Assembly (NCBI RefSeq): GCF_016127575.1
Contig: NZ_CP066019.1
Span: 1,770,001-1,802,000, forward strand
Direction of reading: 5' to 3'
From: Cupriavidus necator
GTDB taxonomy: Bacteria; Pseudomonadota; Gammaproteobacteria; Burkholderiales; Burkholderiaceae
DNA: 32,000 bases
Shown: one piece after another, positions 16,663 through 23,512 of the stretch
Layout of the letters: each line of letters begins with the position of its first letter
Position numbering within the stretch: the stretch's first letter is position 1
Position numbers and translations under genes: made by a program
The notes under the pieces: model-generated
The model's input: only the letters and a program-made list of their open reading frames with translations
Told to the model about the DNA's origin: nothing
Database searches by the model: none

Positions 16663-16769
16663 CGCCATGCCAGGGCAATGCAGGCGAAAACCCCGGTAAA
16701 ATGCGCGATCATCACCGGCGTCGTGCCGGTTTGCGCCACCCTTTCCCCCATTCTGCCCGCCCCCCGCCG

Positions 16770-17213
16770 ATGAAACGCCTGCCGAATTGCCTGCTGCTGT
16801 CCCTCGCCATGCTTGCGCTGCCCGTCTCCGGCGCTGCAGCGGCAACGGCCACGGTATGCAGCGCGGTACAGGCAGCCGGGCTGTCGCTGCCGGAACGGCA
16901 TGCGGCCGCAAAAATGGAGGCGGAAGCGGCACTGGACGGCACCGGCCCGGGCACCTGCCGCGGCAGCGCGGTCCAGGTGATGGCCGAGCCTTCCGGCAGC
17001 GGCCATCCGCTGCAGCTGCACGATGCCGATGCGCCGCAGGCGACCGACCACGGCGCCACGCCGCTGGAGACGCAGCCATCGGCCGCGTCCGGCGTGCTGC
17101 GCGAACTGCCTGCGGAGGTGCTGGTGCATTGGGCGCACGCGGCGCCAATGGCCACGCCGGCGGTGTTCACCGGCACCCAGCCGCTGGAACGCCTGCTGCC
17201 CGCACGCTGCTGA
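16770..17213 (+). CDS. secreted hypothetical protein, divergent from the metal two-component system
   Basis: 147 aa from the ATG at 16770. Signal peptide MKRLPNCLLLSLAMLALPVSGAAAA. Third-codon positions are strongly GC-rich. The mature part contains 3 Cys and several His/Asp (HPLQLHDADAPQATDH). No family recognised, and there is no obvious SD sequence. Confidence 0.6.
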   Translation: MKRLPNCLLLSLAMLALPVSGAAAATATVCSAVQAAGLSLPERHAAAKMEAEAALDGTGPGTCRGSAVQVMAEPSGSGHPLQLHDADAPQATDHGATPLETQPSAASGVLRELPAEVLVHWAHAAPMATPAVFTGTQPLERLLPARC

Positions 17214-17326
17214 GCGCGTCGTAGCGGGCACAGCGCCCGCATCGCTTCCCTTCCGTTTTGCGGAATACCCCTGGCGCCGGCAAGGCGCGGCGGATTGTCC
17301 CGCCTGCGCGTCTTAGCCTGCGCGTT

Positions 17327-17647
17327 TTATTCGACGCGGAAGAATTCGATCGACTGCCCGGCGTTCACGGCCCGCTGCAGCCAGTCCGGATACTCGCCCT
17401 GCCCGTCCCAGCTCTGGCCGAGCGCATTGCGGTATAGCGGGCGCGCAGCGGCAGCCTTGGGGGCGGCCTGCGGGATAAGCTGGGCCACGGCTGGCGGGGC
17501 GTCAGGCGCCGGCTCAGGCCCGGCGTCGATGGCAACATGATCAAAGCACCCGGCGGCGACAAGATCGTCGAACGTCAGGGCATGACGGTCCATTTGCTCG
17601 CGGATCCACGCCACCGCAGCGAGTTTGGCTGAATCAGACTCGGACAT
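17327..17647 (-). CDS. H-NS-like nucleoid-associated DNA-binding protein (Burkholderiales H-NS/Bv3F type)
   Basis: 106 aa. It has an N-terminal helical oligomerisation segment, a Pro/Ala linker and a C-terminal H-NS DNA-binding signature: YRNALGQSWDGQGEYPDWLQRAVNAGQSIEFFRV. Confidence 0.85.
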   Translation of the reverse strand: MSESDSAKLAAVAWIREQMDRHALTFDDLVAAGCFDHVAIDAGPEPAPDAPPAVAQLIPQAAPKAAAARPLYRNALGQSWDGQGEYPDWLQRAVNAGQSIEFFRVE

Positions 17648-17815
17648 GACTCTCGTGAGAGGCCCGCTGCATTTCCGCGGGCAATGAAAAACCGGCGATG
17701 GAACCGCAGGCCGGTCGGATAGCCGTGATTCTACAGCCTTTGCCCGGCGCTGCTGCGTTTCCGTCGTGGGCGCGCGGCCAATTGCCGTGCGCTTGCCGCG
17801 CTCGTCCGCTGCCGA

Positions 17816-17831
17816 GTGACAGCAATGTCAT
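17816..17831 (+). promoter_or_regulatory. CusR/CopR-box-like dyad upstream of the small repeat-protein gene
   Basis: GTGACAGCAATGTCAT has the TGACA-N4-TGTCA core, with the same spacing as the E. coli CusR box ATGACAANNTTGTCAT. A TAGACT -10-like hexamer at 17865-17870 would put the dyad centre near -54. Confidence 0.45.
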
Positions 17832-17920
17832 GTGCCGGTCATGCTCGTGTGGGCACGCGCTGCCTAGACTTGCTTCACCGCCGCCCATTTCGGGCCGGCA
17901 CCCTTACGGAGAAGCGACTC

Positions 17921-18154
17921 ATGCAAGCACTCAGGCAAGTCTTTGTGGCCACCGCCCTTATTGCTGCCGTGGTCGGCACTGCGCAGGCTGCACCGCGCAG
18001 TGCCGATCCGTTCAGCGACGGGGCGCACAGCGCCACCGGCACCCGCAGCGCGTTCACGGACGGTGCGAACGCCGCAACGGGCCCGCGCAGCACCTTTACC
18101 GACGGCGCGCATAACCCCAACGGCCCGCGCGACAGCTTCAGCGACGGCGCGTGA
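17921..18154 (+). CDS. small secreted tandem-repeat protein (3.5 x 14-aa xxF(S/T)DGA(H/N)xxxGxR repeats)
   Basis: 77 aa from the ATG at 17921, with GGAGAA 7 nt upstream. Signal peptide MQALRQVFVATALIAAVVGTAQA. The mature 54 aa consist almost entirely of repeats: DPFSDGAHSATGTR / SAFTDGANAATGPR / STFTDGAHNPNGPR / DSFSDGA. Confidence 0.75.
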   Translation: MQALRQVFVATALIAAVVGTAQAAPRSADPFSDGAHSATGTRSAFTDGANAATGPRSTFTDGAHNPNGPRDSFSDGA

Positions 18155-18176
18155 CGGTAGCCGGCCGGGCAGCGCC

Positions 18177-19058
18177 TCAGCGCACCTCGCCGTAGATGCG
18201 GCGCGCATCGGCGGCGTCGGCAATCGGCCGGCCCAGCGTCAGGCCGCCTTGCACCGCCTGCGCCACCAGCGCATGGTTGCCGGCTGCGCGGCTGCCGTCG
18301 CGCAGCAGCAGGTTGTTCTCGAATCCCACCCGCACATGGCCGCCAAATGCGGCGGCCGCGGTCACGCAGGCATTCTCTTCGCGGCCGAAGGCGCAGATCG
18401 CCCACGGCAACGCGTCGCCGGACTCGCCCGCGGCCTGCAGGAACGGCAGCAGGTCGTGCGGCGACGACACCTGCCCGGCGGCATAGCGCCCCAGCACGTA
18501 CAGCACCGACCATGCGCCCGGCGGCACCATGCCGCGCTCGCGCATCGACTGCCAGCGCCGCACATCGGCCACGTCATACAGGATCACCTGCGTCATCACG
18601 CGCTCACGCGCCAGCCAGGCGAAGAACGCCGCCAGTTCGCTGTCCGGGATGTCTGGCACGGCGACTTCGCGCAGGCCCACCGAAACGGCTTCGGGCCGCA
18701 GCTCACGCACCATCGCCATCTGCTCCGCGGCCTGGTAGACGCCCGCGGCCTCGCTCGTCACCTGCACCAGCAACGCTTCGCCCACGGCCTGCTTCACCGC
18801 GGCCAGCGCGTCGCGGTAGGCCTGCACGTCGAGCGAGTGGCGGCCTTCGGCATCGCGCACATGCATGTGCATCATGGCCGCGCCGGCATCCAGGCAGGCG
18901 CGCGCTTCAGCGGCCAGTGCGGCGGCGGTCAGCGGCACCGCCGGATGGTCGCTGGCGCGCTTGTAGGCGCCGTTGGGCGCCACGGTGACGATCAGCGGCG
19001 CATCGGCCAGCGGCACGCGGGCCGCGGCTACGGGGGCTTGGGAAGGGGTCCGGGTCAT
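18177..19058 (-). CDS. beta-keto acid cleavage enzyme (BKACE, 3-keto-5-aminohexanoate cleavage enzyme family, DUF849)
   Basis: 293 aa with family blocks IVTVAPNGA, HMHVRD, and FGGHVRVGFENNL near the C-terminus. Its start overlaps the stop of the upstream dehydrogenase gene (ATGA at 19055-19058). Confidence 0.88.
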   Translation of the reverse strand: MTRTPSQAPVAAARVPLADAPLIVTVAPNGAYKRASDHPAVPLTAAALAAEARACLDAGAAMMHMHVRDAEGRHSLDVQAYRDALAAVKQAVGEALLVQVTSEAAGVYQAAEQMAMVRELRPEAVSVGLREVAVPDIPDSELAAFFAWLARERVMTQVILYDVADVRRWQSMRERGMVPPGAWSVLYVLGRYAAGQVSSPHDLLPFLQAAGESGDALPWAICAFGREENACVTAAAAFGGHVRVGFENNLLLRDGSRAAGNHALVAQAVQGGLTLGRPIADAADARRIYGEVR

Positions 19059-20023
19059 GGCTCGATCTCGGGCAGTTCAGGCGCGATCAGCGCCAGGCCG
19101 GCGCGCAGCAGGCTGTCATAGCGTGCGCGCTCGGCGGCAATGGTTTCGGGGGTCCACTGGTAGAAGCCTTCGCCGCGCTTCATGCCGTGGCGGCCGTCGG
19201 CGGCGCGCTCGGACAGGCAGCGCGCCGGATGGTCGTCGTTGCAGAAGGTCGGGTACATGGTGGCGCCGGCGGCCGCGTGCACGTCGATGCCCGCGTGGTC
19301 ACGCTGCAGCACCGGCCCGGCCGCCAGGAAGCGAAAGCCAAAGCCGAAGCGCACCGCCGCATCGACATCCTCGGGCGAGGCAATGCCGCGGTCGATCAGG
19401 CTGAATGCCTCGCGCGACAGCGCATGCTGCAGCCGGTTGGCAAGAAAGCCCGGCAGGTCCTTGCGCACCTTGACCGGCACCATCGCGCAGCGGCGCATGA
19501 AGGCGATCAGCGCGTCGGCACAGGCCTCGTCGCTGTCATCGCCCATCACCACTTCCACCAGCGGCACCAGGTGCGCCGGCATGAAGAAGTGCAGGCCGAG
19601 CATGCGCACACGCGAGTCGAGTCCCGCGCCGATGGCGCTGATCGGGAAGCTGGAGCTGTTGCTGGCCAGCACCGTATCGGGCCGCGCGCGCCGCACCAGC
19701 TCGGCAAAGAGCGCCTGCTTCAGGTCCAGCTGTTCCGGGATGCACTCGATCACCAGGTCCACGGTGGACCAGTCCACCGCATCCAGCGTCGCGGCCACCG
19801 CCAGGCGCTCCGCGCCTTGTTCACGGCCGATCGCGGCCAGGTTGCCGCGCACGCGCCCGGGCATGGCGCCGGCGCGGCCGGCATCGGGCTCGACCACGGT
19901 GGTGCGGCACAGCGCGCGGGTCAGCACCACGGCAACATCGGCGCCCATGGTGCCGCCGCCCACCACCACCGCATGCGCGGCGCCGGGGCGGCTCAGGATG
20001 ACCGGTGCGGTCGGGTTCGGCAT
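19055..20023 (-). CDS. NAD-dependent 3-hydroxyacyl-CoA dehydrogenase family protein (possibly an L-carnitine-dehydrogenase-like beta-hydroxy acid dehydrogenase)
   Basis: 322 aa from the ATG at 20021-20023, with GGGAGAA upstream. Rossmann motif VVVGGGTMGADVA. 3HCDH N- and C-terminal domain blocks are present (ECIPEQLDLKQALF, SNSSSFPIS, HFFMPAHLVPLVEV, FLANRLQHAL). The track extension to 20158 falls in low-GC intergenic DNA. Confidence 0.88.
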   Translation of the reverse strand: MPNPTAPVILSRPGAAHAVVVGGGTMGADVAVVLTRALCRTTVVEPDAGRAGAMPGRVRGNLAAIGREQGAERLAVAATLDAVDWSTVDLVIECIPEQLDLKQALFAELVRRARPDTVLASNSSSFPISAIGAGLDSRVRMLGLHFFMPAHLVPLVEVVMGDDSDEACADALIAFMRRCAMVPVKVRKDLPGFLANRLQHALSREAFSLIDRGIASPEDVDAAVRFGFGFRFLAAGPVLQRDHAGIDVHAAAGATMYPTFCNDDHPARCLSERAADGRHGMKRGEGFYQWTPETIAAERARYDSLLRAGLALIAPELPEIEP

Positions 20024-20133
20024 AGGTTCTCCCAGGGGATGCGACGTGGCGCGCACTCGCCATCGCGACAAATCCTGATGGCGGGGCATCGAATCCCGGC
20101 AGTGTAGAGAACTTGCTTTGATTGAAGAAGTCG

Positions 20134-20149
20134 ATTCTATGGATAGAAT
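20134..20149. promoter_or_regulatory. perfect palindrome with a T-N11-A core, candidate LysR-type regulator binding site
   Basis: ATTCTAT-GG-ATAGAAT (7+2+7, perfect). It sits in the low-GC divergent intergenic region between the dehydrogenase/BKACE operon and the LysR gene. Confidence 0.55.
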
Positions 20150-20211
20150 GATCCACAAATCAGATCAATCGTGTGATTCGGCCGGCGGACGCCGCCGGCC
20201 CGCTGCCGCAG

Positions 20212-21147
20212 ATGAAAATCAACCTGTCGATGCGCGACATCGAAACCACGCTGGTGCTTGGCCGCACGCTCAACTTCCGCCAGGCCGCCAGCCAGCTGCA
20301 CGTGTCGCAGTCCGCCCTGTCCACGCAGATCCTGCGCATCGAGGAATCCCTCGGCGTGCGCCTGTTCGACCGCACCACCCGCAACGTGCGCCTGACCGCG
20401 GCCGGCCAGGTCTTCATGCAGCAGGCCGCGCTGCTGCAGGCGGCGTTCCGCGGCGCCATCGACGCCGTGACCGGCATTGCCAGCGCCGAGCGCGGCCAGG
20501 TGGCGGTGGCGGCGCTGCCCTCGCTGGCGGCGCGCATGCTGCCGCGCGTGCTGATGGCCTACCACCAGGCGCGCCCGGAGGTGGCGCTGAAGGTATTCGA
20601 TACCCTCTCCGGCCCGGCCTTCGACCTGGTGCGCGCCGGCGACGTGGATTTCGCGCTGACCGCGGCCGACCCGCAACAGGCTGACCTGCAGTATGAGCCG
20701 CTGCTGTCGGACCGCTTCGTGCTGCTGATCCCGTCGGCGCACCCGCTCGCGCGCAGCCCCGGGCCGCTGCGCTGGGCCGATACCGCCAGCGCGCCGCATG
20801 TGTCGATGACGCACCCGAGCAGCGTGCGCCAGTACGCGGAATGGGCCTTCCTGCAGAACCGCATCCGCTTCCAGCCGGTATTCGAGGCCGAGCGCCTGGC
20901 CACCATCGCGGCCATGGTCGAATGCGGCTTCGGCGTGGCCGCGCTGCCAGAGATCGCGGCCGGAACGGTGCGCCAGCCCGGCATTGTCGAGCGCCTGCTG
21001 ACCGCGCCGGTGACCGAGCGCTCGATCGGGCTGGTGACCTCGCGCAACCGCAGCCTGTCGCCGGCGGCTGCCGAACTGGCGGCGGCGGTGCGCGCGCAGC
21101 TGGCGAGTCCGCCCGTCCAGGATACGGTGGACACGACGGCCCGGTGA
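20212..21147 (+). CDS. LysR family transcriptional regulator
   Basis: 311 aa from the ATG at 20212. The N-terminal wHTH is FRQAASQLHVSQSALSTQILRIEESLGVRLFDRTTRNVRLTAAG, followed by a LysR substrate-binding domain. It is divergent from the 19055-20023 operon. The GTG at 20173 is a possible alternative start. Confidence 0.9.
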   Translation: MKINLSMRDIETTLVLGRTLNFRQAASQLHVSQSALSTQILRIEESLGVRLFDRTTRNVRLTAAGQVFMQQAALLQAAFRGAIDAVTGIASAERGQVAVAALPSLAARMLPRVLMAYHQARPEVALKVFDTLSGPAFDLVRAGDVDFALTAADPQQADLQYEPLLSDRFVLLIPSAHPLARSPGPLRWADTASAPHVSMTHPSSVRQYAEWAFLQNRIRFQPVFEAERLATIAAMVECGFGVAALPEIAAGTVRQPGIVERLLTAPVTERSIGLVTSRNRSLSPAAAELAAAVRAQLASPPVQDTVDTTAR

Positions 21148-21235
21148 ACTAGCAGATGCTGGCTGGCCATGGCGCGCGGGCGACGCCGGCCTGGTTCCAA
21201 GCCAACCTGGTGCGCCCGCCGCTGCGCGGCGTCAC

Positions 21236-21273
21236 GGAAAACAAGGGCGGGCCCGGCACGGCGCCAGGCCCGC
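21236..21273 (-). terminator. rho-independent terminator of the small membrane protein gene
   Basis: Minus strand reads GCGGGCCTGGC-GCCGT-GCCGGGCCCGC, an 11-bp stem with one G-U pair, followed by CCTTGTTTTCC. It starts 6 nt after the stop at 21279. Confidence 0.7.
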
Positions 21274-21278
21274 AACCC

Positions 21279-21449
21279 TCAGGAGGGATCCTTTGTACGG
21301 GTACGCGAGACCGCCGCCATGATGCCGATGCCAAGCACGATCAGGCAGGCAATACCGATATACACGGGCGCGAGGCCAGCGGTTTCCATGCCCCAGGGAA
21401 CGCCGGCAACCAGGACCAACAGGCCGATAATGTATAGCGCGAATGACAT
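21279..21449 (-). CDS. small two-TM membrane protein, function unknown
   Basis: 56 aa from the ATG at 21447-21449, with AAGGAG upstream. Sequence is MSFALYIIGLLVLVAGVPWGMETAGLAPVYIGIACLIVLGIGIMAAVSRTRTKDPS. It has its own terminator. Confidence 0.65.
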   Translation of the reverse strand: MSFALYIIGLLVLVAGVPWGMETAGLAPVYIGIACLIVLGIGIMAAVSRTRTKDPS

Positions 21450-21602
21450 GAGTCGGCTCCTTGCGGTGGTGCAACCTGGCTTCAATGTAGGCAGGGCGCG
21501 AGGCGCAAGGGATAGGACAAGGGCGGAAGCTGGCGTAGGCGGGTTCTGACCTTGTGGTGTTGTGCGCGGCGGTCAGCTCCGGCGGCAAAGCCTCTCCGGG
21601 GC

Positions 21603-22958
21603 TCACCCCTCCACCTGCGCCGGCATCTCTGCCAGCCGCTGCACCGATGCCCGCAGACCCTCCAGTATCGTGTCCGCCACCTTCTGCGGAAAACCCGCGG
21701 GCAGTGCTGCGCCGACCTCGGCGATCACCGCCGGGGTCCGCGCGATGATGCGCCCGATCAGCGCCTCGGCATCGGCACCCAGGAAACAGCGCGGTGCCAT
21801 CGCATTGAAATGGCGGCGCTGGATATCGCGCAGGCCGTAGTGCCGGCTGCGGCCGGCGACCGCCATGGCCAGCTTGGCCTTGTGCCAGGAGAACTGGTTG
21901 GCGCCCTGGCCCACCACCGGCCAGATCGACATCACGTCGTACAGCGGCGTCATGCGGTAGCGCCCGCCGGCCAGCAGGCGGATGCTGAAGTTCTTGGCGT
22001 GCCCGTCCGGTGCCGCCAGCAGCCAGAACAGCAACTGCGCGGCCAGCAGCGTCTGCAGATCATCGGCCTGGGCCACTGAGTTGCGCAGCACCGTGGCGAT
22101 CTCGATCATGCCGGGCCCGCCATCGGCCTCGTATTTCTGCAGCGGGCTGTGGCCGAACACCTGGCAGAAATCTTCCTGCAGCAGCCGCAGCAGCCAATTG
22201 CCTGACGGATGAGGCTGGCGGTCGAAACGCGTGACGCTCAGCACCTTGCGGCGGCCGAACGTCAGCATCTCGCAATCGGCCACCGGCAAGCCATAGGCGG
22301 CAAGGATCTTCAGGCACAGCCATTCGTTTTCCACCGACGTGCTCAGGTCGGCCCTGCGGTTTCCCACCAGGCCCAGTGGCAGCTTGAAAATATGTGTGGT
22401 CGGGGTGGCGCCATGCGGCCGCAGCCATTGGCCGTCATGGCGCAGCAGCGCCGTCTTCTCCTGCGCGCCGGCGATGGAGATGCGGAAGTCGTCGTCGTGC
22501 TCATGCCGCCCAAGCGCGGGGGTGGCGACGATATCCTCCAGCCAGCGCTCGATCTGCTCGTCCGATAGCGGTTCGCCTTCGATCCGGTCGATGCCCGCAG
22601 GCGCTTGGTCTTCGCCCAGGATCTGCACCGCGCCCACGCAATCGCGGCCGATGGCGGCGAGCAGCTCGAAGGCTTCCACCGAGCCGGTCTGGAAGCGCAG
22701 CGCCAACCGGCGCCGGATGGCCTCGCTGTCCGGCAACAGGTTGTCGAAGTAGTTGCGCACGGCATCCCCACGCACCACGCGCCGGTTGCCCAGGCCATAC
22801 CCGAGCGACAGAGACAGGGGCCGCCCGGCTTCAGAGCGGATCCAGTCCTCGTCGTATTCCAGTTCCATCCCGGTACCGGACGGCTGGCGCCAGGTGCCCA
22901 CGCGCTGCCCGTTGGCCCAGACCGACAACGCCGGCGTACGTGACCTGCGTGCCACCAT
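21603..22958 (-). CDS. hipA: type II toxin HipA, serine/threonine kinase
   Basis: 451 aa from the ATG at 22956-22958. It has a HipA N-terminal coupling domain (LSVWANGQRVGTW...), the ISIAGAQEKTAL P-loop-like motif and the catalytic motif APDGHAKNFSI. The track ORF extends to 23276 only by reading through hipB in another frame. Confidence 0.92.
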   Translation of the reverse strand: MVARRSRTPALSVWANGQRVGTWRQPSGTGMELEYDEDWIRSEAGRPLSLSLGYGLGNRRVVRGDAVRNYFDNLLPDSEAIRRRLALRFQTGSVEAFELLAAIGRDCVGAVQILGEDQAPAGIDRIEGEPLSDEQIERWLEDIVATPALGRHEHDDDFRISIAGAQEKTALLRHDGQWLRPHGATPTTHIFKLPLGLVGNRRADLSTSVENEWLCLKILAAYGLPVADCEMLTFGRRKVLSVTRFDRQPHPSGNWLLRLLQEDFCQVFGHSPLQKYEADGGPGMIEIATVLRNSVAQADDLQTLLAAQLLFWLLAAPDGHAKNFSIRLLAGGRYRMTPLYDVMSIWPVVGQGANQFSWHKAKLAMAVAGRSRHYGLRDIQRRHFNAMAPRCFLGADAEALIGRIIARTPAVIAEVGAALPAGFPQKVADTILEGLRASVQRLAEMPAQVEG

Positions 22959-22960
22959 GA

Positions 22961-23212
22961 TTACCACGCCACGTCGGACACCTCGGCGGCCCCCGTGGCC
23001 CGGTCCTGAACCACCAATTCCAGCCCGAGCGCGCCGACCAGCGCCAGCAACTGGTCGACGCTGATGGTGTCGGGGTTCAGCTCCATGTGCGACATCCGGC
23101 TCTGGCTGATATTCAGCCGCGCGGCGGCCTCGGTCTGGTTCAGGCCGGCCGCCTTGCGCGCTGCCTGCAGGATCTGGCCAAGCTGCCAGGGAGTGGAGAC
23201 GATTTGCTTCAT
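22961..23212 (-). CDS. hipB: antitoxin HipB, XRE-family HTH protein
   Basis: 83 aa. The Cro/C1 HTH is LGQILQAARKAAGLNQTEAAARLNISQSRMSHME. Its stop lies 2 nt before the hipA start. Confidence 0.9.
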   Translation of the reverse strand: MKQIVSTPWQLGQILQAARKAAGLNQTEAAARLNISQSRMSHMELNPDTISVDQLLALVGALGLELVVQDRATGAAEVSDVAW

Positions 23213-23223
23213 CGTGCCGATGG

Positions 23224-23296
23224 AATACCAATATGATAGGTATTTCTATTTTAGCGACAACATGGGTATTTTTCAAATACCTATTTCATAGGTATT
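23224..23296 (-). promoter_or_regulatory. hipBA promoter flanked and overlapped by two 21-bp palindromic operators
   Basis: Operator 1 at 23224-23244 is AATACCAAT-ATG-ATAGGTATT (8/9). Operator 2 at 23276-23296 is AATACCTAT-TTC-ATAGGTATT (perfect). The centres are 52 bp apart. There is an extra half-site GGTATTT at 23265-23271. On the minus strand, -35 TTGAAA (rc of 23271-23276), a 17-bp spacer and -10 TAAAAT (rc of 23248-23253) lie between and overlap the operators. Confidence 0.75.
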
Positions 23297-23512
23297 TCCT
23301 ATTTAACGATGTCATGACTATATGTGCCCGAAGCCGCATTCTGTAGCGCAGCATCGTGCCGGGCTCTGTATCTGTCCCCCGCCCCCGCGCCCCCGTATAC
23401 TCTGGGGCCGGAGGCGGCCCAGCCGTCCCGCCGGCGGAGGACCCTGGCGTGGCATCACGCAAACGGGGCCGCGCCTCACCGATCCCAAACATACAAGCAA
23501 CGGAGCAGCAGC

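Noticed and set aside
22959-23276. A 557-aa HipA that would include 106 extra N-terminal residues.
   Set aside because: The extension reads through hipB in a different frame and into the AT-rich operator region. The ATG at 22956-22958 gives a canonical ~450-aa HipA placed directly after hipB.
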